Positions 39,589 through 50,599 are shown, counted from the first letter of the stretch. The stretch is 64,000 nt of DNA from Pontiella sp. (GCA_050290185.1 JBNKHE010000008.1:32001-96000), one strand, 5' to 3'. Numbers and translations: made by a program. Notes: generated by a model from the sequence alone, not told the origin.

Positions 39589-41229
39589 TTACCAAGTCAT
39601 GGTAATTCCGGTGGAGACGGAGGTGGGGCGCGGCTTCAGGCCGGGTATGGCTTGGAAGTCGGATCCCCACAGGTTTTCCACCAGGAACGAAAGGCGCACA
39701 TTCTTGGCGAAGCGGGGGTCGTAATGCAAGCCCAGGGATGCCTCGGCACCGAAGTCGTTGCTGGTACGCACCTTGTTTCCTGTCTGGTAGCGCAGGTTCT
39801 GGGAGCCGATCAGCTGAAGCTCCGGCGTAATCTGCCAGAAGCCGGCCAACGCCAGCAGATGTTCCGGATAATCGAGTTCATACAGTCCCGCATAGACGTC
39901 GTATTCATCCTTTGTGATCCACTGGTAGTACAGCTCGATCTTCAATTCATCCGAGGTCCGATAGTTCACTTTGGCGTTGATTCCCGAAACGTTCAGATGG
40001 CCGAGGTCAGTTGCCCTCCATGCCGTGTCGGCGACGGTTGTCTTCGTCCAGGCCGAAGCGTTTTCCAATCGGCGGTGGAAAGCCGCGGCTTTCCAGTCGA
40101 GCCGCGCCGAAAGAAACTGGTGAAGTCCCAGTTCGGTGTTTTTCGATCGTTGCAGGTTCAGTGCATTGTTGCCCGTGTGGTAGGGATCCGAGTAGTAGAG
40201 CGTTTGATAGTCCGGTTGCTGCACGGTTTCCGAATAGGAGGCGTAGAGCTTGATGTTGTCGGTGGCGAAGTAGTCGATGCCCGTTTGCGGGAGCCATTCG
40301 GTGGATTCGTCGGTTTGGAAGACGCTGTTCAGGCCGGCCTTGAAGGTAAAGCGCTCAAAGCGCGCCTCCGGCAGGATTAGGACCGAAGCGCGTGTACGGT
40401 CATGGTTGCCGATGTCGCCGTCTACCCGCTCGTGCTCAATATCGCTCCGCAGGTTCAATGCAATGTTTTGGATTTCCAGCGTACGGCCTTCGACGAAGGC
40501 CGTACCCAGATACGAATGGATACCGTTGTCAAAGGTTGCACTGGGAATGCGGTACTCATCGTCGAACGCCCGGAACGCAGTGCCGGCACGGAGATAGGAT
40601 CCATCCAGTTCGCCGTATGTCGCGCCAAGGAACAGCAGCGTATCCTTTGTTTGCTCATCGGCATATACATTGGTGGGAATGCCGTAATAACCCTGAGCGC
40701 CGAAGTTCTTCTGCTGGTATCCCGCCAGCAGATCCAGCTGCCAGTCGTTGACGGACTGCTTGACATAGGCGCCGCCCGAATAGCGGTTGAGGCCGTTGGC
40801 GTCGTGGTCGATTTGCAACGCCTTTTCACCTTCAATGAAACCGCCGATACCGGAGTCGAATACCGACATGTCTGCCGAATAATGCTCCCGCGTGCCGATG
40901 CCTAGCGTGGTCTGCAGACGAGCCGCTTGCGGTATGGTGCGGTAGGCGGAGGTTCCGACAAGATAGCCTGATGCATTGTCTAGCCCATAGTGTGCGGCAG
41001 GATCGGAGAGCAAATAGGCGGGAATGGGAGCTTCGTTGTTGAAATGGGCGGAATAGGGAACCTTCAGGTTCAGGCCGTTCAGCGAGATTCCCGTGCCTGC
41101 ATAGCTACTCCCCCGGATCGAAAGATCCTGCTGGGCCAATCCCTGCGAATTGACCAGAATCTCCGGCGATCCCGCGAATGCGAGTGCCGGGGCAATCAGT
41201 CCGATCAGCCCGATCCGTCTGATGTTCAT
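39589..41229 (-). CDS. TonB-dependent receptor-like protein with shortened plug
   Basis: Signal peptide, DLSIRGS...LNG plug motif, amphipathic beta-strands, P..YQTLY, VENL, C-terminal W. Confidence 0.8.
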   Translation of the reverse strand: MNIRRIGLIGLIAPALAFAGSPEILVNSQGLAQQDLSIRGSSYAGTGISLNGLNLKVPYSAHFNNEAPIPAYLLSDPAAHYGLDNASGYLVGTSAYRTIPQAARLQTTLGIGTREHYSADMSVFDSGIGGFIEGEKALQIDHDANGLNRYSGGAYVKQSVNDWQLDLLAGYQQKNFGAQGYYGIPTNVYADEQTKDTLLFLGATYGELDGSYLRAGTAFRAFDDEYRIPSATFDNGIHSYLGTAFVEGRTLEIQNIALNLRSDIEHERVDGDIGNHDRTRASVLILPEARFERFTFKAGLNSVFQTDESTEWLPQTGIDYFATDNIKLYASYSETVQQPDYQTLYYSDPYHTGNNALNLQRSKNTELGLHQFLSARLDWKAAAFHRRLENASAWTKTTVADTAWRATDLGHLNVSGINAKVNYRTSDELKIELYYQWITKDEYDVYAGLYELDYPEHLLALAGFWQITPELQLIGSQNLRYQTGNKVRTSNDFGAEASLGLHYDPRFAKNVRLSFLVENLWGSDFQAIPGLKPRPTSVSTGITMTW

Positions 41230-42488
41230 CAGCAGAATTCCTCGATGGTTTGCTGGAGCGCATACACGGCGCCGCGGAGTTCGTCGTCGGTGATGACCAG
41301 CGGCGGCATCAGGTAGAACATGGTGCCGAGCGGCCGGAAGAGGTAGCCTTGTTCCTTGAGTGATTGCTTGATTTTAGCGATCAGAGGTTTGGTTTCCGGC
41401 TTGAGTTCAACCACGCCGATCATGCCGAGGAAGCGCAGTTCCTTGACGCATTCCAGTTCCTCCATCGGCAACATCCATTGTCTCATTTTTTCGGCCATTT
41501 CTGCGGCGCGTTTAACCGTATCTTCGGCCTCGTAGATATCGAGGGCAGCAAGCGCGGCGGCGCATCCGATTGGGTGGCCGGCATAAGTGTTTCCGTGGTA
41601 GAAAGTGCAGTCTTTTTCGCCGTCGTCGGAAAAGGTGTTGTAGATTTCGTCTTTCACGATGCAGGCGCTCAGCGGCATGTAGCCCGCCGTCAAAGCCTTG
41701 CCGACGCAGACCATATCCGGATCGATGGAGGCATGGTTGAAGGCGAAGCGCTGGCCGGTGCGGCCGAAGCCCATCGCCACCTCATCGACGATGAGCAGGA
41801 CGTCGTTGGCGGCGCAGCAGTCGGCCAGCTTTTTCAGATAGCCTGCCGAATAGATCTTCATGCCTGCGGAACCGAGGCAGAGCGGTTCGACGATCACGGC
41901 GGCGAGCTGGTCGGCATGCAGTTCAATTACCTGTTGGCTCGGAATGAATCCGTCGGGATCGTCTTTGGTCGGAATGGGGAAGGGCAGTTTGGCCGGATGC
42001 TTGACCGTTTTCTTGTAGGGCTCATGGAAGCCGTCGACAAAGCCAACGGAGAGGGCTCCGAGCGAGTCGCCGTGATAGCCCTGGTCCATGCCGATCAACC
42101 AGTTCTTTTCCGGCCGGCCCACGTTGTACCAATATTGCACCGCAATCTTCAGCGCGGCCTCCACGGCACTGCAGCCGTCGCTCGCGAAAACCGAATGGCG
42201 CTCCGGCGTCGGCATCAGTTGGGCCAGGCGGTCGGCCAGCTCCAGCACCTTCGGGTGGGTCATGCTGCCGGTGATGCTATGCTGCAAAACCGCAGCCTGC
42301 TCCTGGATGGCCTTAACCACCTTCGGGTGGCTATGGCCCAGTGCGGTGGCCCACCAGCTTGAAACGATGTCGACATACTGGTTTCCCTGGTCATCGAACA
42401 GATAAATGCCATCGCCCCGAACGATGTTCGGTAGTTCATTCTTTAATGCGGAAAACGGTGTATAGGGGTGGAATATCCTGTTTTGCAT
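41229..42488 (-). CDS. bioA: Adenosylmethionine-8-amino-7-oxononanoate transaminase
   Basis: FHPYT, SSWW..LGH, AVE.ALK, GYHGD, DEVA.GFGRTG, GKALTAGYMPLS. Confidence 0.93.
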   Translation of the reverse strand: MQNRIFHPYTPFSALKNELPNIVRGDGIYLFDDQGNQYVDIVSSWWATALGHSHPKVVKAIQEQAAVLQHSITGSMTHPKVLELADRLAQLMPTPERHSVFASDGCSAVEAALKIAVQYWYNVGRPEKNWLIGMDQGYHGDSLGALSVGFVDGFHEPYKKTVKHPAKLPFPIPTKDDPDGFIPSQQVIELHADQLAAVIVEPLCLGSAGMKIYSAGYLKKLADCCAANDVLLIVDEVAMGFGRTGQRFAFNHASIDPDMVCVGKALTAGYMPLSACIVKDEIYNTFSDDGEKDCTFYHGNTYAGHPIGCAAALAALDIYEAEDTVKRAAEMAEKMRQWMLPMEELECVKELRFLGMIGVVELKPETKPLIAKIKQSLKEQGYLFRPLGTMFYLMPPLVITDDELRGAVYALQQTIEEFC

Positions 42489-42526
42489 GAGCTCGATCCT
42501 TCTCTACGGAATAGCATTTCGGGAAT

Positions 42527-43948
42527 CTATGCCATCTTGCGCACTTTGCCAAGCAATGCCGCAATGATGAAGGGAATGAAGCCGGCCACGATGCCGGGGG
42601 CGGCGCAGTAGATGACCGAGCCAACGCCGGATTTCGAGCAAACGATGAATACGGCCAGACCGGTGAGAATCATCAGCACTTCAACCCATTCGGAGGTTTT
42701 GCGTCCCATAACGTTCACGAGCAGCAACGCGACAAAGGCGGAACCAAGCATGGCCCAGGCATCCAGCACCAGATTGAAAATAGAATCGTTTCCGGTGATG
42801 GCGATCAGGGTGGCGAAGGCGACCACCAGCGCGGTTGTGAGCTTGCTGACCCATAGCGCCTTGATAGGCTGTTCCGTGAGGTCGTGCGTGACGGAGGCCG
42901 AGCAGGAGAGCACCAGCGAATCGGCCGTGGACATGGTGGCCGCAAAGAGCGCGGCGAGGATCAGTCCAATGAAGATTTTCCCGAAAACCGGAATCGAGCT
43001 GAACAGTTCGATGGTTACCTTGGGGAGTGCCAGCTCGGCGTCGAAGCCATCGAGAGGAATGTCGAGAATAAGCCGGGCGAGCATGCCCACGACGATGGTG
43101 CTGGCATAAAAGAAGGTGAACCAGCCATAGTAGTAATATCGCATGCGTTTGACGCTGTCCACGGAAGGGAGTGTCATGAAGCGCACCACGACATGGGGTT
43201 GGCCGATGATGGCAATCCCGCCGAAGAGCCAGCCCACGATGAACAGGATGATGCCTCCCGTACTGCGTTGCGGGAAGAGCGATAAATAGTGGGGATCGAT
43301 CGCGGCAAGTTGTTCGCGCAAGACGCCCGGCCCGCCGGCGTGGTGGAGGCCCGTCAACATGAGCATGAGCATGCCGACCAGCATGACGATGGCTTGGGCG
43401 GCATCGGTCCATATGGACGCGCGGATTCCGCCGGCGGCGGAGTAGAACAAGACAATGATGGCGCCAATGATGATCCCCGCATTGGGATTCCAGTGCAGCA
43501 GTTCAACGGTGGCCTTGCTGCCCGCCTTCAACTGGGCGGCGGCATAGATGCCGAGAAAGACGACAATGAGAATGCTGGCCAGTGTGCGCGTGATGCGGTT
43601 GCGGTCGCCAAACCAGTTTGCCAGCAGGCTTCCGTATGAATTGAAGTTGAACTGTTCGGTACGTGCCTTGATCTTGCGCACCGTGAGCAGGGACATCATC
43701 AAATCCCCCACAATCCATCCCACCATGAGCCAGACCGACTCCAGTCCGTAGGCATAGGTGTAGCCGATCATGCCAATGAACATAAAACCGCTATTGTTGG
43801 TCGCGACGGCGGATAGACCAGCCAGCCAGGGGCTGATCGTGTTGCCAGCCATCAGATAGTCGTCGGTGGTCTTCTTGCTGTGCCGCATGGAGGCTCCGCC
43901 GATCGCGGCAAATGCCAGTAGGCAAAGCACAAAGCTAATGGTGATCAT
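42527..43948 (-). CDS. putP: Sodium:solute (proline/PutP-like) symporter
   Basis: LSAVATNNSGFMFIG, GG.RAS.WTD, GQPH...RFM, AA.MSTADS; ~13 TM. Confidence 0.85.
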   Translation of the reverse strand: MITISFVLCLLAFAAIGGASMRHSKKTTDDYLMAGNTISPWLAGLSAVATNNSGFMFIGMIGYTYAYGLESVWLMVGWIVGDLMMSLLTVRKIKARTEQFNFNSYGSLLANWFGDRNRITRTLASILIVVFLGIYAAAQLKAGSKATVELLHWNPNAGIIIGAIIVLFYSAAGGIRASIWTDAAQAIVMLVGMLMLMLTGLHHAGGPGVLREQLAAIDPHYLSLFPQRSTGGIILFIVGWLFGGIAIIGQPHVVVRFMTLPSVDSVKRMRYYYYGWFTFFYASTIVVGMLARLILDIPLDGFDAELALPKVTIELFSSIPVFGKIFIGLILAALFAATMSTADSLVLSCSASVTHDLTEQPIKALWVSKLTTALVVAFATLIAITGNDSIFNLVLDAWAMLGSAFVALLLVNVMGRKTSEWVEVLMILTGLAVFIVCSKSGVGSVIYCAAPGIVAGFIPFIIAALLGKVRKMA

Positions 43949-43971
43949 GGATGTTGCTCCTGGGCGGTCGC

Positions 43972-44376
43972 CTAAGCCTCGATGGGGTCCGCTTCGAGGT
44001 TATACGACCCGTCCGGATTGTGGACTTCCTTGCCATGCAGCGGCGGGTTGAATACGCAGGCCATCTTCATCTCCTCAAAGGCGCGGAGTATATGCTTGTC
44101 GTTTTCGTTGAGGATATAGACGGTTCCGGGCTCGATCGGGTGCTTTTTCCCGTCGCTGAGCGTTTCCACCTCGCCGCGTCCCGACATGCAGTAGACGGTT
44201 TCAAGGTGCCGCTTATAATGCAGCATGAAGTCCGCGCCCTTGTAGATGGTTGTGATGTGGAACGAGTAGCCCATGCCATCCTCTTTCAGCAACAGGCGGG
44301 TGCTTTCCCAGTTGCCGTCCGGGGAGACGATTCGCCGGTTGCTCTTTTCGGCGTTCTTCAACTGTCTAACGATCAT
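43972..44376 (-). CDS. ectC: L-ectoine synthase
   Basis: [39 protein letters not shown]. Confidence 0.97.
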   Translation of the reverse strand: MIVRQLKNAEKSNRRIVSPDGNWESTRLLLKEDGMGYSFHITTIYKGADFMLHYKRHLETVYCMSGRGEVETLSDGKKHPIEPGTVYILNENDKHILRAFEEMKMACVFNPPLHGKEVHNPDGSYNLEADPIEA

Positions 44377-44378
44377 GA

Positions 44379-45710
44379 TTAATCCTTGTTGTTTTGCTGT
44401 GGTTCGGTGTCCACGGTGACGTCATCGAAATAGTCGCTCTCCTCGGGGATTTCGTCGAGGCGGCCGCAGACGGCCTTGACTGCGCTTTCGATAATGTCGA
44501 TGCCTTTCTTTAGGTTCTCATCGGAGATGATCAGCGGACAAAGCAATTTGATCACCTGGTCATCCGCTCCGCTGGTTTCAATGATCAGTCCCTGCAGGTA
44601 TGCGGCGTGGGTGATCTGGCCGGCAATATCGCCGTTTACGCAATTAATCCCTTGGAACATTCCGCGACCGCGCGTGGTGAAGTTTCCTTCACCATATTGC
44701 GCAACAATGCAATCCAGTCGTTGTTCGATGTATTCCCCCTTGCGACGAACCTCCTTCGCAAAGGTATCGTCGCTCCAGTATTCATCGAGCGCCGCCTTGG
44801 CCGTCACGAAGGCCATGTTGTTGCCGCGGAAGGTGCCGTTGTGCTCGCCGGGTTTCCATTGGTCGTATTGCGGGCGGATCAGCACCAGCGCAAAGGGCAG
44901 GCCGTATCCGCTGATGGATTTGGATATGGTAACAATGTCCGGTTCGATCCCTGCGGGCTCGAAGCTGAAGAAGGTGCCGGTTCTCCCGTTGCCCGCCTGG
45001 ATGTCGTCGACAATCAGCAGCATGCCGTGCTTTTTACAGACGGCCTGCAGGCTCTGCAGCCATTCCATGCTGCAGACATTGATGCCGCCTTCGCCCTGCA
45101 CGGTTTCCACAATGGCCGCGGCGGGTTTATCAATACCGCTGCTTGAATCTGACAGCATTTTGTCGAGGTATTCTATCGTATCAAGGTCTTCCCCGAGATA
45201 GCCGTCGTAGGGCATGCGAGAGCTGCCGGGCAACGAAACGCCGGCGGCCCCGCGGTGGTGGGAGTTCCCGGTGCAGGCCAGCGAGCCGAGGCTGACTCCA
45301 TGGAAGCCGTTGGTGAAGGAGATGATGTTCGACCGGCCGGTATAGTTGCGTGCCGCTTTCAGCGCCGCCTCGACGGCGTTGGTGCCGGTTGGGCCGGTAA
45401 ACATCACCATGTATTCCAGCTTGCGGGGGGCGAGAATCTTTTCCTGGAACGTTTCTAGAAACTCTCGCTTGGCTTCGGTGTGCAGGTCCAGACTGTGGGA
45501 AATGCCGTCGCGGGCAATATACTCCAGCAACTTTTCCTTAAGGATCGGGTTGTTGTGACCGTAGTTGAGCGATCCGGCGCCGGCCAGAAAGTCCAGATAC
45601 TGGTTTCCTTCGTCGTCGTAGACATGCTCCCCCTGGGCCCGGTCGAAAATGCGGGGGAAATTACGGGCATAGCTTTGGACTTCGGATTCGATTTCTTCAA
45701 ATATTTTCAT
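44379..45710 (-). CDS. ectB: Diaminobutyrate-2-oxoglutarate transaminase
   Basis: [52 protein letters not shown]. Confidence 0.96.
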   Translation of the reverse strand: MKIFEEIESEVQSYARNFPRIFDRAQGEHVYDDEGNQYLDFLAGAGSLNYGHNNPILKEKLLEYIARDGISHSLDLHTEAKREFLETFQEKILAPRKLEYMVMFTGPTGTNAVEAALKAARNYTGRSNIISFTNGFHGVSLGSLACTGNSHHRGAAGVSLPGSSRMPYDGYLGEDLDTIEYLDKMLSDSSSGIDKPAAAIVETVQGEGGINVCSMEWLQSLQAVCKKHGMLLIVDDIQAGNGRTGTFFSFEPAGIEPDIVTISKSISGYGLPFALVLIRPQYDQWKPGEHNGTFRGNNMAFVTAKAALDEYWSDDTFAKEVRRKGEYIEQRLDCIVAQYGEGNFTTRGRGMFQGINCVNGDIAGQITHAAYLQGLIIETSGADDQVIKLLCPLIISDENLKKGIDIIESAVKAVCGRLDEIPEESDYFDDVTVDTEPQQNNKD

Positions 45711-45714
45711 GTGA

Positions 45715-46224
45715 TCAACCTCTTTCGTTATGTGCAATGGGGCCGATGTGCCAGAGTTCTTCCGACTCATGCTGGCCGTTGAAGTGTTCGGACTTGTCAA
45801 AGCCTTGCAGGATTCGTGCTTCGGTCGACAACGTGTCGGCCAGCCGTTTGAATAGGGCCTGCGAGGCCGCATTGTCCGGAGTGATGGTGGTTTCTATAAA
45901 GTCGACGTTCTGGCAGGCCGGTTGTTTCAGCAAGGCCTGCAGCATTCGGATCGCCAATCCCTGCCCCCGCGCTTCCTCGGCCACGACGACCTGCCAGACG
46001 AACAAGGTGTCCGGCTTCGCCGGAAGCAGGTAGCCGGAAACAAAGCCGACCAGCTTGCCATCGGATTTGGCGCAGATGCAGGTATCCTGGAAGTGGGTGC
46101 ATTGCAGTAGATTGCAGTACACGGAGTTGGGGTCCAATGGCGGACTTTTTTCTATAAGACGGTTCAATTCATAACCGTCACTCGACTTGGGTGATTCTAT
46201 GGTAACTTCAGTTGTATGTCGCAA
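45715..46224 (-). CDS. ectA: Diaminobutyrate acetyltransferase
   Basis: PPLD.NS.YCNLLQC.HF, LFVWQV, ETTIT.DN.AS, H..E.L..IGP. Confidence 0.95.
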   Translation of the reverse strand: MRHTTEVTIESPKSSDGYELNRLIEKSPPLDPNSVYCNLLQCTHFQDTCICAKSDGKLVGFVSGYLLPAKPDTLFVWQVVVAEEARGQGLAIRMLQALLKQPACQNVDFIETTITPDNAASQALFKRLADTLSTEARILQGFDKSEHFNGQHESEELWHIGPIAHNERG

Positions 46225-46413
46225 AACGCCTCTCTCGTTGTTGCGGTTAAGTCTTCTTGCGGTCCGGCGATAAACAGTCGTGTTGCAGTCCGGAATTTGG
46301 CATCCCTCATGTCCCGATGTGGAACTGCTGGGATGTATTTTGTTTTGCTAGTAAGAGGGGACAAACAAGCAGACATGCGGAGGCAATGCAAGGGATAGTC
46401 GGGTTTTTCTTGG

Positions 46414-47190
46414 CTAGATGGCCAGCTGGTTCACGATCTTTTCGATTGCTGCCGCGACGGGAATGGGGAGATCGGCATAGCGGGGATTGGGATCGGTTAA
46501 TTGGGCGCAATAGGGGATGGTTCCAAGGATCGGAACCTTGCCGAACTGTTCAATCGTGGCGGCGTTATCCTCTTCGATGAAGCCAGGTTCGCCGGGTTCG
46601 TTGTCTACAAACACCACACCGCTGATTTCCAGATCGTCGGATCGCAAAGCACGGATCGAAAGCAATGTGTGGTTGATCGTTCCAAGTCCAGGACGAGCGG
46701 CGATAATGATCGGGAACTTGAGCGCCTGCATCAGGTCGAGTGTGGTTTCACGTCGGTTGAGCGGAACCATAATACCGCCGGCACCTTCCGCAATGATAAA
46801 TTCGTATTCCGAGGCCAGTGTACGTGCGGCAATCACGATTTCGGCGATATCGATGTCGGTTCCCGCCAATTCTGCAGCGAGATGCGGCGAACAGGCCGGT
46901 TCGAATGTGTATGGCGCCATGTTGGTGTAGGTTTCGGTGTCGATCTTTAGCGACGCCATTGAAAGGGAGTAGTCGAGATCGGGGACCGTGAGCCGTGACG
47001 GTTGAGCCGTGATACCACTATTGCCTAATGCCTCTTGCCTATTGCCTGTTGCGGAAACGCCGCAACCTGTCTGCACCGGTTTGATGGGGGCAGCGTTGAT
47101 GTTGCGGCGGCGGATTTCGGCAAGCAACAATGCGCTGAGTGCCGTTTTGCCAATGCCAGTGTCGGTTCCTGTAACAAATAGTCCTCTCAT
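46414..47190 (-). CDS. bioD: Dethiobiotin synthase
   Basis: VTGTDTGIGKT, KPVQTG, SPHLAA, EGAGG, LGTINHTLL. Confidence 0.95.
   Translation of the reverse strand: MRGLFVTGTDTGIGKTALSALLLAEIRRRNINAAPIKPVQTGCGVSATGNRQEALGNSGITAQPSRLTVPDLDYSLSMASLKIDTETYTNMAPYTFEPACSPHLAAELAGTDIDIAEIVIAARTLASEYEFIIAEGAGGIMVPLNRRETTLDLMQALKFPIIIAARPGLGTINHTLLSIRALRSDDLEISGVVFVDNEPGEPGFIEEDNAATIEQFGKVPILGTIPYCAQLTDPNPRYADLPIPVAAAIEKIVNQLAI
46985..47052. repeat. Two blocks of heptamer tandem repeats inside bioD
   Basis: GCCGTGA-like x4 (46985-47012) and CTATTGC-like x5 (47018-47052). Confidence 0.8.
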
Positions 47191-47213
47191 AATAGGCGCA
47201 CTTTGCCCGAAAA

Positions 47214-48008
47214 CTATTTGGTCAGCAAGAACGTAGCGCTTTCATAGGTGGCGTAAACGTCGTCGTCGGAGGTGTAGTTGTCCTGATAGTCCGCCACCAG
47301 TTGCGCGAGTTCGGTGCGGGAGAGCGGGGCATTGCCCGCGCTAACCTTGCCGCCGGTCACACCCTGTTCATGGATGGCTTTGAGAAAGGACGTGGCGTTG
47401 TCGTAGAGAATCTCCTCTTCGCTGTGCTTGCGGCGTTCCAGCTTGAATCCGGCCGCCTGAAGGCAGGCCTTGGTTTCCTCGTAGGTCGGCAGTGTAACCA
47501 CCGGGGTTTTTTCAGGGGCAATCTCATTGCGCAGTTCGCGCAGCTCCTTGAGGGTACCTTTCAGCATCATGCCCAGTGCGAAAAAACCGCCGGGTTCGAG
47601 ATTGGCATAGATGTTTTCGCAGGTGGCTTTGAGGTCGGTGGTCCAGTGCAGGGCGGCACTGGAAACGATCAGCGGATACTGATCTTTGGCGTGCCACGTC
47701 TGGGCATCGCCTACGACCCAGTTAATCTGCGGGAATCGGCGGAATTTGGCCTGGCTGTGCATAACCATTTTTTCCGCCAGATCGACTGCATCGATGAGAA
47801 CATCCGGGAATCGGTCCGTAAGCAGGCGGGTCAGCTGGCCGGTCCCGGCGCCGAATTCCAGAATTTGTTCCGGATACATTTCCGGCAACATGGAGATTAC
47901 CGATTGGGCCAGCGCCAACTGCGGGCGGGCATGGCGGTCGTAGGTTTCGGCCGCAGCTGAAAAACGTTTAGAAATCATGACATGCTTCCTCAATTCAGGC
48001 GCGGACAT
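47214..48008 (-). CDS. bioC: Malonyl-ACP O-methyltransferase
   Basis: RFS.AA.TYD.HA..Q, LEFGAGTG SAM motif, S.AALHW, GTL.EL; adjacent to bioD. Confidence 0.88.
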   Translation of the reverse strand: MSAPELRKHVMISKRFSAAAETYDRHARPQLALAQSVISMLPEMYPEQILEFGAGTGQLTRLLTDRFPDVLIDAVDLAEKMVMHSQAKFRRFPQINWVVGDAQTWHAKDQYPLIVSSAALHWTTDLKATCENIYANLEPGGFFALGMMLKGTLKELRELRNEIAPEKTPVVTLPTYEETKACLQAAGFKLERRKHSEEEILYDNATSFLKAIHEQGVTGGKVSAGNAPLSRTELAQLVADYQDNYTSDDDVYATYESATFLLTK

Positions 48009-48055
48009 TGCGTCATTTGACCGGGCAATGCAACCATGGTTCGAGACGTTTTTAC

Positions 48056-50455
48056 CTATTGCAGATGCCGGATAAAGAAGTTTTCGCGCAGGCGCGTCCC
48101 ATACGGACCCATGCCCGCGCCATGTCCTGCGGAGGGGAAGACCATGAGCTCGAAATCCTTGTTGGCCTTGATGAGTTCATCGACGACTTGCATGGTCGAG
48201 GAGGGATCCACGTTGCTATCCATCGCGCCTACGGTGAGCAATAGCTTGCCACCGAGCTTGTGGGCGTCTTCCATGTTGGAGTTGCGGGCATAGCTCTCGT
48301 CGACCGGCCAGCCCATCCACTGCTCGTTCCACCAGATTTTGTCCATGCGGTTGTCGTGGCATCCGGAGTCGGCGGCCGCGGCCTTGTAGAAGTCGGCGTG
48401 GTCGATCACCGCCCGCATGGCGCTTTGGCCGCCGGCGGAGGTGCCATAGATGCCGACCCGGGTTAAATCCATCCACGGATATTTTTTTGCGGCGGCTTTC
48501 ATCCAGGCAATACGATCCGGGAAGCCGGCATCCTTGAGGTTCTTCCAACAAACATCGTGGAATTCCTTGGATCTCCAGTTGGTACCCATGCCGTCGATCT
48601 GCACCACGATAAACCCGAGTTCGGCGAGACGCTGGACGTTGCGATACGGGCTGAATTCCTTTGGCACGAAAAAGTCCTGTGGGCCGGCATAGATGCTTTC
48701 CACAACCGGGTATTTTTTCTTGGGATCGAAATCCGAGGGGCGATAGATCACTCCGTAGATATCGGTTTCTCCATCACGCCCTTTTGCGCAAAAGGGTTCG
48801 GGAAGGTACGGGTGGATTTTCAATAGTGCGGAAGCATCCGCCTTTCCGAGAGGCATAACCTGCCTGCCGTCGGAAGCGCGGCGAAGCACATGTGCAGGCG
48901 GTTGATCGACCCGCGACCAGCTATCGACATAATAGTCGCCCTTGGGCGAGAAGCTGACGGAATGGGTGCCGTTGCCCTCTGTGAGCCATTTCAGGTTTGA
49001 GCCATCAAACGAGATGAGGCCGTAGTGAATATAGTAGGGGTCCTGTCCGGGATGGGTTCCGGCAGCGCGGAATAGGATTTCGCGTTTGTCCTCGTCGACT
49101 TGCTCAATGCTTCGGACAACCCATTCTCCGGAGGTGATCGGATTGATTTTTCCGGTTTTGCGGTCGACGAGATACAGGTGGTTCCAGCCGGAGCGTTCCG
49201 ACATCCAGATGGCTTCGTCGGTATTGTCGAGATGGCGGACCATAAGCTTATTGGTCCAGTCGATGAAGGTTCGGCTCTTATCTTCAGCCAAAACGGCCAT
49301 CTTTCCGCTCTTTGCCTGCACGGCGAGCAGGCGAGCGGTCTGGTGTCCGCGCTCGTTGTAGATAAAGAAAAAGCGCTTGCTGTCCGGTGCCCAGTGGAAG
49401 TCGTCGACGGACCAGGGATTGGGAAACAGCGTATCGTCGAGAGGAATGGGTTTCATGGTTTGCAGGTCGAACAGGCAGGGTTTGCGTATCGGTATCTGGT
49501 CGCCCGGTTTGAGGTAGGGGATCGATACGGTCCGCGGCTGGAGTTGCTCTTCGGGAGCGGCCTGGATCAGATCGATGTGCCGGTCGTTGACGGCTTTTTC
49601 GCGTATGACAATCAAATAACGTCCATCTGGCGACTCGATGGCTGGTTCGCAGTATTTCAATTCCGAACTTCCATCGGTGGTGAGTTGGGATTCCTTGCCG
49701 GTTTCGGGATTCTTGACGAACAGGTTGTCGTTTCGGAAATAGGATTCCCATTTTCCAGATGGCTTCCATTCCCGATTTTGCTCCTGTGCCTCAGGTGTTG
49801 CAGCCAGATAGGCGATCGCCGGTTCATCGCCGGCGACGAATGCGAGGTTGCCAGCAACCCATGCATGGCCTGCAAAAGTATGCTGCCGGTAACACTCGCC
49901 GGGTTTCAGGGTGTTGTAGGGCTGGTGAATGCCGGCGGAGTCGGCCCAGAATAGTTGGACGGATTGGTCGGTGTTGTTAATGAAGATGATGGCGGATACA
50001 GGCCCGTTTGCAACGCTTCGGACCGGTTCATTGCCTGGACGGGCTTTCAGGGCAAAAGGATCGTCTTCCGGTGCAACGTGGTCGATGTCGTTTCCGTTAA
50101 TCCGCAGGGTCGAATGGTCGCTTCCTGCCGAAACGAGGCAGATAAAATCGCCGTTCCCGGCAATCGCAAAACGTTCGATCCGCGGCGATTCGTCTCCAAC
50201 TTGTTTGGCGATGGCCTTAAAATTGATCATGGGCTTGGATTTTCCGGTGCCGGTATCGACCCGCAGGATCTGGTCGCCCCTTTGGATGTAGAGGGCGGTG
50301 TCGTCGGGCGCCCATGCGGGATGCATGTCAATCCCGCTGACACTTCCGTTCAGGCGCTGGGCCAAGGTCTCTGCCGATTTTCGGTCGGCGGACGCGGTAT
50401 TCCCCATGGTAGACAGCATGAGCAATAGTAAAATTGATCTGAGTTGCGTAGTCAT
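48056..50455 (-). CDS. Secreted S9 (DPP-IV-like) peptidase with VHL-like insert
   Basis: Signal peptide, SERSGWNHLY, YAGP, GTSAGG nucleophile, DSNVD, GHG. Confidence 0.9.
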   Translation of the reverse strand: MTTQLRSILLLLMLSTMGNTASADRKSAETLAQRLNGSVSGIDMHPAWAPDDTALYIQRGDQILRVDTGTGKSKPMINFKAIAKQVGDESPRIERFAIAGNGDFICLVSAGSDHSTLRINGNDIDHVAPEDDPFALKARPGNEPVRSVANGPVSAIIFINNTDQSVQLFWADSAGIHQPYNTLKPGECYRQHTFAGHAWVAGNLAFVAGDEPAIAYLAATPEAQEQNREWKPSGKWESYFRNDNLFVKNPETGKESQLTTDGSSELKYCEPAIESPDGRYLIVIREKAVNDRHIDLIQAAPEEQLQPRTVSIPYLKPGDQIPIRKPCLFDLQTMKPIPLDDTLFPNPWSVDDFHWAPDSKRFFFIYNERGHQTARLLAVQAKSGKMAVLAEDKSRTFIDWTNKLMVRHLDNTDEAIWMSERSGWNHLYLVDRKTGKINPITSGEWVVRSIEQVDEDKREILFRAAGTHPGQDPYYIHYGLISFDGSNLKWLTEGNGTHSVSFSPKGDYYVDSWSRVDQPPAHVLRRASDGRQVMPLGKADASALLKIHPYLPEPFCAKGRDGETDIYGVIYRPSDFDPKKKYPVVESIYAGPQDFFVPKEFSPYRNVQRLAELGFIVVQIDGMGTNWRSKEFHDVCWKNLKDAGFPDRIAWMKAAAKKYPWMDLTRVGIYGTSAGGQSAMRAVIDHADFYKAAAADSGCHDNRMDKIWWNEQWMGWPVDESYARNSNMEDAHKLGGKLLLTVGAMDSNVDPSSTMQVVDELIKANKDFELMVFPSAGHGAGMGPYGTRLRENFFIRHLQ

Positions 50456-50599
50456 AGCCTATGAATGCGCCATTCACCCGATGGTTCGCAAGTAAAAGCA
50501 GAGGTTATTCTAGGGCTTGAATTTACCGATATACTTTACATTGGAGCACTTTCAGCGTATTGGTCATCACATGACCATGGACCTTGCCGGAGACGTTTT

